Assembly (NCBI GenBank): GCA_907165135.1
Contig: OU015567.1
Location: 7,750,001-7,814,000 of the forward strand
Length of the DNA stretch: 64,000 nt
From: Oikopleura dioica
Taxonomy: Eukaryota; Animalia; Chordata
Reading direction: 5' to 3'
The notes below the pieces were generated by a model. It did no database searches. It worked only from the letters and a program-made list of their open reading frames with translations, and was not told where the DNA came from. Both the position numbers and the translations under genes were made by a program. Positions 38,364 to 49,200 of this stretch are shown one piece after another (the first letter of the stretch is position 1; the number at the start of each line of letters is the position of its first letter).

Positions 38364-41300
38364 GTCAAGCCCCTTAAATTAAATAATCAAGGAACGGGGC
38401 TGAAACGGCCCGAAGGGCCGTCAAGCCCTTAAATTAAATAATCAAGGAACGGGGCTGAAACGGCCCGAAGGGCCGTCAAGCCCCTTAAATTAAATAATCA
38501 AGGAACGGGGCTGAAACGGCCCGAAGGGCCGTCAAGCCCCTTAAATTAAATAATCAAGGAACGGGGCTGAAACGGCCCGAAGGGCCGTCAAGCCCTTAAA
38601 TTAAATAATCAAGGAACGGGGCTGAAACGGCCCGAAGGGCCGTCAAGCCCTTAAATTAAATAATCAAGGAACGGGGCTGAAACGGCCCGAAGGGCCGTCA
38701 AGCCCTTAAATTAAATAATCAAGGAACGGGGCTGAAACGGCCCGAAGGGCCGTCAAGCCCCTTAAATTAAATAATCAAGGAACGGGGCTGAAACGGCCCG
38801 AAGGGCCGTCAAGCCCTTAAATTAAATAATCAAGGAACGGGGCTGAAACGGCCCGAAGGGCCGTCAAGCCCTTAAATTAAATAATCAAGGAACGGGGCTG
38901 AAACGGCCCGAAGGGCCGTCAAGCCCCTTAAATTAAATAATCAAGGAACGGGGCTGAAACGGCCCGAAGGGCCGTCAAGCCCCTTAAATTAAATAATCAA
39001 GGAACGGGGCTGAAACGGCCCGAAGGGCCGTCAAGCCCCTTAAATTAAATAATCAAGGAACGGGGCTGAAACGGCCCGAAGGGCCGTCAAGCCCCTTAAA
39101 TTAAATAATCAAGGAACGGGGCTGAAACGGCCCGAAGGGCCGTCAAGCCCCTTAAATTAAATAATCAAGGAACGGGGCTGAAACGGCCCGAAGGGCCGTC
39201 AAGCCCCTTAAATTAAATAATCAAGGAACGGGGCTGAAACGGCCCGAAGGGCCGTCAAGCCCCTTAAATTAAATAATCAAGGAACGGGGCTGAAACGGCC
39301 CGAAGGGCCGTCAAGCCCTTAAATTAAATAATCAAGGAACGGGGCTGAAACGGCCCGAAGGGCCGTCAAGCCCTTAAATTAAATAATCAAGGAACGGGGC
39401 TGAAACGGCCCGAAGGGCCGTCAAGCCCCTTAAATTAAATAATCAAGGAACGGGGCTGAAACGGCCCGAAGGGCCGTCAAGCCCCTTAAATTAAATAATC
39501 AAGGAACGGGGCTGAAACGGCCCGAAGGGCCGTCAAGCCCCTTAAATTAAATAATCAAGGAACGGGGCTGAAACGGCCCGAAGGGCCGTCAAGCCCTTAA
39601 ATTAAATAATCAAGGAACGGGGCTGAAACGGCCCGAAGGGCCGTCAAGCCCCTTAAATTAAATAATCAAGGAACGGGGCTGAAACGGCCCGAAGGGCCGT
39701 CAAGCCCTTAAATTAAATAATCAAGGAACGGGGCTGAAACGGCCCGAAGGGCCGTCAAGCCCTTAAATTAAATAATCAAGGAACGGGGCTGAAACGGCCC
39801 GAAGGGCCGTCAAGCCCCTTAAATTAAATAATCAAGGAACGGGGCTGAAACGGCCCGAAGGGCCGTCAAGCCCCTTAAATTAAATAATCAAGGAACGGGG
39901 CTGAAACGGCCCGAAGGGCCGTCAAGCCCTTAAATTAAATAATCAAGGAACGGGGCTGAAACGGCCCGAAGGGCCGTCAAGCCCTTAAATTAAATAATCA
40001 AGGAACGGGGCTGAAACGGCCCGAAGGGCCGTCAAGCCCTTAAATTAAATAATCAAGGAACGGGGCTGAAACGGCCCGAAGGGCCGTCAAGCCCCTTAAA
40101 TTAAATAATCAAGGAACGGGGCTGAAACGGCCCGAAGGGCCGTCAAGCCCTTAAATTAAATAATCAAGGAACGGGGCTGAAACGGCCCGAAGGGCCGTCA
40201 AGCCCTTAAATTAAATAATCAAGGAACGGGGCTGAAACGGCCCGAAGGGCCGTCAAGCCCTTAAATTAAATAATCAAGGAACGGGGCTGAAACGGCCCGA
40301 AGGGCCGTCAAGCCCTTAAATTAAATAATCAAGGAACGGGGCTGAAACGGCCCGAAGGGCCGTCAAGCCCTTAAATTAAATAATCAAGGAACGGGGCTGA
40401 AACGGCCCGAAGGGCCGTCAAGCCCCTTAAATTAAATAATCAAGGAACGGGGCTGAAACGGCCCGAAGGGCCGTCAAGCCCCTTCAATTAAATAATCAAG
40501 GAACGGGGCTGAAACGGCCCGAAGGGCCGTCAAGCCCCTTAAATTAAATAATCAAGGAACGGGGCTGAAACGGCCCGAAGGGCCGTCAAGCCCCTTAAAT
40601 TAAATAATCAAGGAACGGGGCTGAAACGGCCCGAAGGGCCGTCAAGCCCCTTAAATTAAATAATCAAGGAACGGGGCTGAAACGGCCCGAAGGGCCGTCA
40701 AGCCCCTTAAATTAAATAATCAAGGAACGGGGCTGAAACGGCCCGAAGGGCCGTCAAGCCCCTTAAATTAAATAATCAAGGAACGGGGCTGAAACGGCCC
40801 GAAGGGCCGTCAAGCCCCTTAAATTAAATAATCAAGGAACGGGGCTGAAACGGCCCGAAGGGCCGTCAAGCCCCTTAAATTAAATAATCAAGGAACGGGG
40901 CTGAAACGGCCCGAAGGGCCGTCAAGCCCCTTAAATTAAATAATCAAGGAACGGGGCTGAAACGGCCCGAAGGGCCGTCAAGCCCTTAAATTAAATAATC
41001 AAGGAACGGGGCTGAAACGGCCCGAAGGGCCGTCAAGCCCTTAAATTAAATAATCAAGGAACGGGGCTGAAACGGCCCGAAGGGCCGTCAAGCCCCTTAA
41101 ATTAAATAATCAAGGAACGGGGCTGAAACGGCCCGAAGGGCCGTCAAGCCCTTAAATTAAATAATCAAGGAACGGGGCTGAAACGGCCCGAAGGGCCGTC
41201 AAGCCCTTAAATTAAATAATCAAGGAACGGGGCTGAAACGGCCCGAAGGGCCGTCAAGCCCCTTAAATTAAATAATCAAGGAACGGGGCTGAAACGGCCC

Positions 41301-41391
41301 GAAGGGCCGTCAAGCCCCTTAAATTAAATAATCAAGGAACGGGGCTGAAACGGCCCGAAGGGCCGTCAAGCCCCTTAAATTAAATAATCAA
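38364..41391. repeat. Homogeneous tandem array: 54 x 55/56-bp hairpin unit plus a 27-bp partial
   Basis: Unit GTCAAGCCC(C)TTAAATTAAATAATCAAGGAACGGGGCTGAAACGGCCCGAAGGGCC. 3001 bp between the first and last unit starts equals 54 units. Variation seen: C3/C4 run length and one A>C at 40485. No variable spacers, so not CRISPR. Confidence 0.98.
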
Positions 41392-41414
41392 TTTTTGTCA
41401 TCGAAATTGAGTTT

Positions 41415-41720
41415 TTGAGGGTTGAAATAGCTACTTAACAGTGTTTATAGTCACAAATTCAATCATTAGAAAAAACCACTTTTTCGAATTTTGATGCTCT
41501 CTAGTGACCCCGAGATGAATTTTTTTGAATTTTTGACCTCAGAATGGACTTTTAGAGGGTTGAAATAATAGCTAAACAATGTTTTCAGTCACAAATACTT
41601 TTATTTGAAAAACTCACTTTGACGAACTTTCATGACCTCTTATGACCCCAAGATGAACTTTTTTCGAACTTTTGACTTCGGAATTGAACTTTTGGGTACT
41701 TATTTACTATAGTCACAAAG
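41415..41720. repeat. Degenerate ~137-bp tandem repeat (about 2.3 copies)
   Basis: Recurring GAGGGTTGAAATA...AGTCACAAA...GACCCC.AGATGAA blocks. Confidence 0.7.
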
Positions 41721-44053
41721 TTTCGTTCAAAAAGGACTAGAATATCGACCACTCATTTTTTTCAGCGGGTACCTATTTCCAGACCCTTCCAAGACACTTG
41801 TCATAAGCATATCGTATGTGTATGATTATATTTAGTACCGTTTTCTAGGTTTGCTAGTGGACAATAATGATGGATCGCAACTTTTCTAGCTTCTCAAAGA
41901 GTTAATCTTAAAATCCAGTGTTGAAGGTAACGCAAATATATCGCTTCAGTTCAAAAAACTTTTTCTCGATGACGAAAAATGGGCGTTGCCAGTGTGGAAA
42001 CTTCCTAACAGAGAATGCAAATATGTACAGTCCGAGCAAATAACCATCACCTCACGCGGACACGCCTATTTTTCTGGTTGATATTTGAACTTAGCATTTC
42101 TATTTCGTTACATAATTTCGCTCAATGGACTCTATTGTATGTACACCCAGTTACAGTAGAAGTGCTTTCTACTCAGCCTATTCGCCAAAGAATAACTTTC
42201 CGTAATCATATGCTAGAGCTCAAGTCGAATAGATTTTGAAATACAAGCAAAATCCTTATCATATGGTCTGATTTCTATTTTCTTCTCTTTTCCAGATAAA
42301 TTTTCATTTTTGGTTATGTTTTTCTGACTCAATGCAGAGCGCATAATGTCCCGCGGTGCTGCCCACGTGTCTTTCGAACCCTTATCACTTCCAGCCATTC
42401 TTTCTCGGCTTCCATTGAGGCGTTTCGGTTCAATTTGACGGTCTCCAATCAGCGAGACTTTTTACTGTATTTGTACGCAAACGCGTTTCGGGTTTCTTCA
42501 GAGTTTCGCCAGAATTAACCTCCAGTCAAACGGCTCCCTGCGGCGTTCTGAATGATAAGACGAGGGCGCTTCGGATGGAACAGACACTGGCGCTGGAGGT
42601 CCGTCGCTACGTCGCATAAACCACCAGCTCCGCTCTGCTGCCCTGGTGGAGAAAAAATCATGATATAGTAACACCATATCATTCAGCGATCACTCAAAGA
42701 CCACAGCAGACAACCCGGAACGAGCTTTTTTTTACTGAAGTTCAGCGGTTTTTTCTAAATTACACGCGAATTTATCAGAGATACGAAGACATTTATCACC
42801 AAGGTAAGATTCTCTTGATCGTTTAATGAATAAAGATACCCCAAAAATAACTAAACCATATTTTATGGTTGATATATCACAAACTACGACAGCGCCTGAT
42901 GTCGCAAAAGAGTCGTTCATGTATATTTTTTGGAAATAAAAGGCTGTTCGGCCGGTTAAAATTTCATATACGCTCCAAAAAACAACATCACTAATATGAT
43001 ATCAGCAATTGCTAAGTCACAAGGTAATTGATGTTTAGAAATGATCATTTTTAACTGCTGGGGACCAAGTGGTACTGCACCAATAGTCACTATTGGGCGG
43101 AAGGTCTAGTATCAAAATAAGTCGGCATCTATTTCACTCAGCTCAGCAAGGTTTAAAATTGTAGACTAAGAAATGACAACCCTTCTAGGATAGCAGGGCA
43201 GTGAGGATGGGGATGATGCCTGTCCGGTAATTTGACCCAAAGTCCGACATTTGCAGACACTTTGTTGATAACCCGTGATGTTTTTTCTATGCCCCCGGTC
43301 GTTTATGTTTTTTTGGAAAAGGAAGTACTGAGAATATTTTGAAAGCAGAAGCCGCAAGCTAACCTCAATCTGCGAGGGTGTTAAAGTTAAGAGGAACCTT
43401 AGCACGCGGCAAAATGACCGGTGCATGATGCTGCCGCGTGTAGGCTGAAGGTGCGCAGAAGCTGGCTGCTTGACCGTGGCAGCACTTCTCCCTGAAAACG
43501 CGCAGCGCAACACTAACTCGCTCGAATAGAGTGACAGGGTTAGCTCTACTAGCCTCAAGCAGGCCCCCGCAGACGCAAACGCACAGCTCCATGGTGTGGT
43601 GTTTTTTTGGCAAAACTTTCGAAATCCATACTTCAGGCCAGAAATTCATACTTTTAGACGTAAAATCTTTAAGGTCGTCTTTCTTTTTGAGAATAACTTA
43701 CCTCAGATTTATATGATCAACCGACTTGGATTTGCAATTTTTCTTTCATCGGAGTAAAACAAGATATTCAATCGAAAGCTGTGTTTTTAGTAACAATGTT
43801 CGCGCTAAGTAATGATTATGGGTTGCGGATGCTGTCTATTTTTGAGTACTGAGCAATCGGAAATAGACAGAACTGTGAAAAAATAGACAGCGTTTAACCT
43901 TATCCTATTTATCCTTCAAATACGAGGGTTGTTTTTGGTACTTTGAAACACCGCAAACAAGCAGTTATGTATCAAATTTACTTATTTATTAGAAATAATG
44001 CCAAGTAGATATTAATTAAATAGAATATAGTAATTTTTTATTGTATAAAAAGG

Positions 44054-44080
44054 ATGACTCACAGTGCATGAGTATAAATA
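44054..44080 (+). promoter_or_regulatory. Possible AP-1 site plus TATA box upstream of the ZBTB gene
   Basis: TGACTCA followed about 11 nt later by TATAAATA, ~300 bp before the ATG; motif match only. Confidence 0.3.
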
Positions 44081-44383
44081 CTAGCGATAGTCGTTGCGAC
44101 GCGTGCAGTTGGAACGCATGAGAGTTCATGTCTCGGGGGCACTAAGAAACTCACTCGCGTCAGCAGGGACTACGAGACGCTAGAATTCTAACGGCATCAA
44201 GCTCGTCAGATAAGGTTCTTTCCGAATAACTACAGTCTTCTTTTGTTATTGGGACAACCTCATTTCTCGCCAGTCTAATTTTGTACTTCCTGTTTAGTCA
44301 ATTTAAAAATTACCTTGGGACGTCGGAAATTTCACATTCAAATCATTCAACCCATTTTTTAAGAAAAAGAAAACAGAAGAAAG

Positions 44384-45910
44384 ATGGACGCTCTCATTCC
44401 TAAACACCTCGGAGAGCTGATGTACCGACAATGCTTCAGCGAGCAGGAATATTGCGACCTCGTCATTCGATCGAAAAATGGCATCAACTTTGCCCACTCC
44501 TCCGTGGTTAGCCTTGCCTCGGCCATCTTCAAGAGGCTGATCAGAGAAGCAAACGTCATCGAGAACAAGCGAATCATCGACCTGTCCGACTGCGACCAGC
44601 CCTCGATTCAAGCAATCATCGAATACATCTATACTGGCAGAGAGGTAATAATCTTATTCCGCGTTTTGTTCGTTCTTTAGACCAGCTTTTTTTTAGGTCA
44701 GCATTTTTACAACTTTTATCTACGGTCGAACTCTAGTTAAACATTAACTCGCAAAGCGATTGCTTGCACGTTCCACTTTAACTGGACCTCACGTGAAGCT
44801 TCGAATCCTTTTATCTTCAAGGATTAGGGTTGTTAGAAATTTCCAGAAGACTTTCTCCCTCGGCCACGATTAATGCTCTTTTAATGATAAGATAAGCCCT
44901 CTATAAACCTACTGCCATTTGCTTATCAGTCCGAACCTTGAGTCGTCTGAATTTTCCTTAAATTGAAACCGTTGAATTTAGGCTGATTAATTTTTCGGTT
45001 CAAAAAGGTTAAGGAAAACTACTAAAATTACAAATTTACATGCGTAACTGCGGCCTAACCTAGATATGGACGAACTCTTAAATTAACCTAAAAACAATTT
45101 GTTTCCGGGACCAACTAATGACGTAAATTTACAACAATAGCACAAACGCAGTTTTATGAAAATATCAAAGAAACAAACGTATTTTTAGAATTTCCCATTG
45201 GAAAACCGCGCTCAAATCCTGAAGCTTGCCTCTTTTCTCGAATGCCAAGGAATCCTGAAATGTCTCCTCGGACAAATCCGAGAACAGCACTTTGGCACGA
45301 CTAGACAAACTCAACTTTCTCCAGATTCCGGCCTCCACAGTCCGGATATCAAAATGGAACCTCAAGAAGAACAAGGACATGTGACTCTCCACCGCGTGAT
45401 CCGACTTGCCCCTGCGAATCAACCAGAAGGTCACGGTTTCTGCAATTCCTCAGCCTATTCTTCCCCTCCACAAAGCGAAGAAGACGAGCAGGAAGAAAGG
45501 ACTCAGCCAGACCCAGAACAAATCAAACAGGTAAATAAAAAGTGGCGCTCTTGAGCCAATCTCTTTCATGACAACTCATCGTGACATGCTTTTTTGCATT
45601 GATCGTCTATCAGCTTTTTAACAGAAGTTTGTAGAACGAAATCGAAGCGCGAAAATACTGCAAAGAGTGCAAGAAATCCTTCGCCACAGTCGGCAGCTAC
45701 ACGAGGCACTTGCGAATGATTCACTTCAAACTGAAGCCACTATCGTGTGCAGTCTGTCGTCATGCGTTCTACCAGCGCTCTGATCTAAAGAAACACGTCC
45801 TGCGCCAGCACCCCCACGAGGCGAACGCGATACTTGGCGCAGAGGAGCGCAACCGAATGATAGCCAATATGGGCCCGCCGACACTCATGAATTTCAATCA
45901 AGAAAACTGA
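44384..45910 (+). CDS. BTB/POZ plus two C2H2 zinc fingers (ZBTB family)
   Basis: CDLVIR..FAHSSVVSLASAIFK..IIEYIYTG|..ILKLASFLEC; fingers CKECKKSFATVGSYTRHLRMIH and CAVCRHAFYQRSDLKKHVLRQH. Confidence 0.88.
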
Positions 45911-46240
45911 GAAGACTCTCATTTTTCAATAGAGCAAGAATAAGTTCAGGCCGTCTGCATATTATACACCCTTTTTCTCATTATGTTATTTATTTAAATG
46001 GCATAAAACTCTGTTTTTGTTTGCTATTTTTCTTTTCTGGCAACACTTTGCAATCTGTAGCTTCTCCAGAAATAAGACTGTACATATTTGTTTCGCGTTT
46101 ATTACCTTACCAATCTCGAACTTTGTTGATATACATGTGCGAGCGTTATGATCAAAATAAAGAAAAAAAATACCAAAAATTCGTTTTTTTACACAAATAT
46201 ATTTGCAGAGAATAAAAAAAATATAAATATCAACTTTTGT

Positions 46241-49200
46241 TCAGTCAAGTTGGCAGAGCATGGCTACGCCTCGGCCGATCCAATGCTCTTCTGGTTGATC
46301 AGTAGGAACTGTTAGCATAATGACGAAGTTGGTTGAGTGACCAGTTGTAGAGAGGGTTCCACGTCTTGCAGATGTTTTGTAAACAGGACAATTGTACTGA
46401 GGACGAACTGGGAGCTCGTCTTTCTTGCACGGCTTCAGCCATATTTTAGGCATCGTGTCAAACAAGATCTAAATTGAAATTGAAGACGTTCATGTCTCTC
46501 TTTATTCAAACCTTTGGGTGCGATTCAGCGAGAAGTTTCTTTTCTCTGTCCCATCTTGCACCTTCCAAAAAGAAGCCATATATAAACGCGCCATCATCTG
46601 GTGCTGTGTAGTCCTTATCCTCCATGATTTCGTAGTCGAAAGTTAGCAAGTCAATAGGGATCTTGTATTTTCTAGCGTAGTTTTGTTGAACGCCAGTCAG
46701 AAACGCCTGCGTGAAGAAGAATCCAGAACACCAGAATTGTTGAGGAGTACCGTTGTCATACCAGTCCTAAAGATTCAAATAATGAGCAAAAGACTTAAAT
46801 AGCCTATTCAACAATTGATCATATATCGAAAATAATTACCAGGTTCAAGGCTTACCTTAAGAAAATTAAGTCGATCAAGCAAATCGTTGAAATATCCTCC
46901 AAGAGTTTTGAGCGAAGGATAAGACTTTTTAGTCCATAAAGTCGGGATTTGACCACTAAGTACTTCGCGGAACATTGTTTCCAGGTCCGAGTTCATCACA
47001 ACAAGACCCTAGAATAAAATAATAAACGCTGAAATAGACAAATTAGGGCATTCGTTGTTCAATTATTACATGCGAAAACAAGCTTTTAATAACTACCTTG
47101 ATCGCCTTTTGAATTTCGATAAGCGAATTGCGCACAACTTTCGTGAGCGCATTGAATCGCACCATCTCTTGAACAAGAACTGTATTCATCGATTCTTCGT
47201 ATCTCGTCGGGAACTTGCGCATCGTCGCTTCAATGTCAAAGTCATCTGGTAGTTTGTTGAGCATGTCTTTGGTAACTTCAAGCACGGAATCGTCATCTGA
47301 TGCTCCAGCATTTCCACCAGCTGCTCGTGACTAAAGCAAAAGAATTCATAAATCGCAACGAAAATACAATGTATACCATTGTGAGAAGCACGGAACCAAG
47401 GAGAGAGTTCGTCTCATTTTGATCTTTCGTGATGTCAGCATTCGGATGCATTCCGAAGACTTCTGGCTTCACCAACAGCGGCAAATTTCGACAAAACTCC
47501 AGATAACTTTCCCTCTAGTTTAACGAAATGTTTTTATCTGGATTTCGATGAAAAAACATCTTTTAATTCCGAATAAGCCAACAATTTATGTCTCAGATAA
47601 GTCTGCAGCTGAAAGCTTGCACTCGTTCAAGTCTATCAGTCTGAAAGCCAGTCTGCTCAAGCAATAGAAACTTTAGTTTAAACCAGTCCCTTTCATGATC
47701 TCCATCTGGGGGCACGGCAAAAAGACCGTCATTATCAAAAGCATAACCGGGAGTGTCAACTGTATCTCTTCTGTAAACACGTGAAAGCAGTGCCAATAGA
47801 CATCTTCTATCTTTATCGTCAGTGACTCTACCACCATAATTACATTCTCCAGTCAAGTAATTGATTGCATCTAATGGGATGAAATCGTACTGATTCAGGA
47901 AAATCTGCAACTGGCGTACAGAAATACGCAGGTCAGTCTCGTTGAATTCATAAGGTATGTTCCAACCAATCGGGCCGAATTTACGACGCTCTTGGACAAG
48001 ACCATGGAAAAAGCACAGGCCAAAGAGGAGCTTCTTAAAATGTACGTCTTGTTGGCATCCCGTGAACCACTCGGGATCAGAGATAGGATCGGAAAGATAT
48101 GACCTGATCATGTTGGCCTTCATTCCTGCTGGAGCTTCGTTCGTCATCTTGACACCATTCTGCAAGACTGAAACGGGAAAGTTCGGACTCGGATAGGAAG
48201 TCAACCATAATCTGAAGTTGGGATGAGTGGTTTCAGGATTCAAATCGTAGCAAATTTTCTCAAGAGTCGTCATCCACGAAGTAGCCAAATGACAGTTTTG
48301 AAGAACAACCCATTTTCCTTCCTCAATACCCTTGTTGATCATTTTTATTGCGATCGGCCCTTGACCCTGGCCAAGCGAAAGGGATGAAATTTTCGAACCC
48401 ATGTCTTCGTCGTCAGCAAATTTTAACAACGCAGCATTGGGATCAGATCCAGGAGAAAGAATAAAGATCAGAGGTGCGCAGCTATGCGAGTCGGCGTATG
48501 AGCCTGGGAGATCAAATGGAGGTGGCTCAATAAACCTCTGACCAATTTTTTCAGTGATGAATGCTTGAAGAGCAGGTATGAGTTTGTCTGGCCGTAAACA
48601 TCGAAGAATGAGAAGCCGCTTGAAAAGTGATAAAGATCCGTATTTTCCGGGAGGTACAGCATCTTGCGGCTTTTAACGGTTTACTGCACATGAGAAGATA
48701 TTTTATGAATAAGAAATATGAGTATTTTTAATTTAATGGGTCTCCAATTGACTAATCGGCAGCTGACATTTCAAAAATAGAGTGTGTAATCATTATTCAA
48801 ATTGTCGAGTTGAGAATCTCATATTTCAGATGTAGTAAACTGTCCTTGTTATCATCATAAATTACCTTCCATTGAGCACTCAACTCTTTAAAATCGCTTA
48901 TTATCCCCTTGAAATCGTCTCCAACATCATTTAGTCGGCAGATCTCATCCCAAGATTTCGTCGGTATCCAGTCGACCGGTTTTTCATTGGGATTTTCTAG
49001 GCCAACACCGCCGGTTAGAAGGAACCTGAAGTCCTCCATCGACACTTCGTTTCTGTGCATAAGCAGATTTGTGCAGAGAATGAACGAGAACAACAGCTTG
49101 TCTTTCTCAAAGAGCGATCTACAAACATTACAGTACAGACTGTACGTAAAGTAGTCCTGCAAATTGCTCAATCGTGTTGTGATGTCATCTGATTTTTCCG

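Larger units (their letters stand above)
37789..41769. mobile_element. TIR element (~4 kb) flanked by TA within GGTACC, containing the hairpin satellite
   Basis: CCCGCTGAA at 37789 and its reverse complement ending at 41769; weak extension (TGGTC, TAG.CC); TA at 37787-37788 and 41770-41771; inverted internal similarity (GGGGCGCTAGAGAG near 38220 versus the reverse complement of CTCTCTAGTGACCCC near 41497). Confidence 0.65.

Noticed and set aside
38364-41391. CRISPR array
   Set aside because: The linkers between hairpins are invariant, there are no unique spacers or cas genes, and the context is eukaryotic.
41860-42650. Possible spliced gene fragment on the - strand
   Set aside because: Splice-like signals and short open frames exist, but there is no recognisable protein and no unique reading frame.
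47510-47700. An eleventh non-GT intron in DNAH7
   Set aside because: GG, GA and one GT donor can all give in-frame products differing by 0-3 residues; not resolvable without cDNA.
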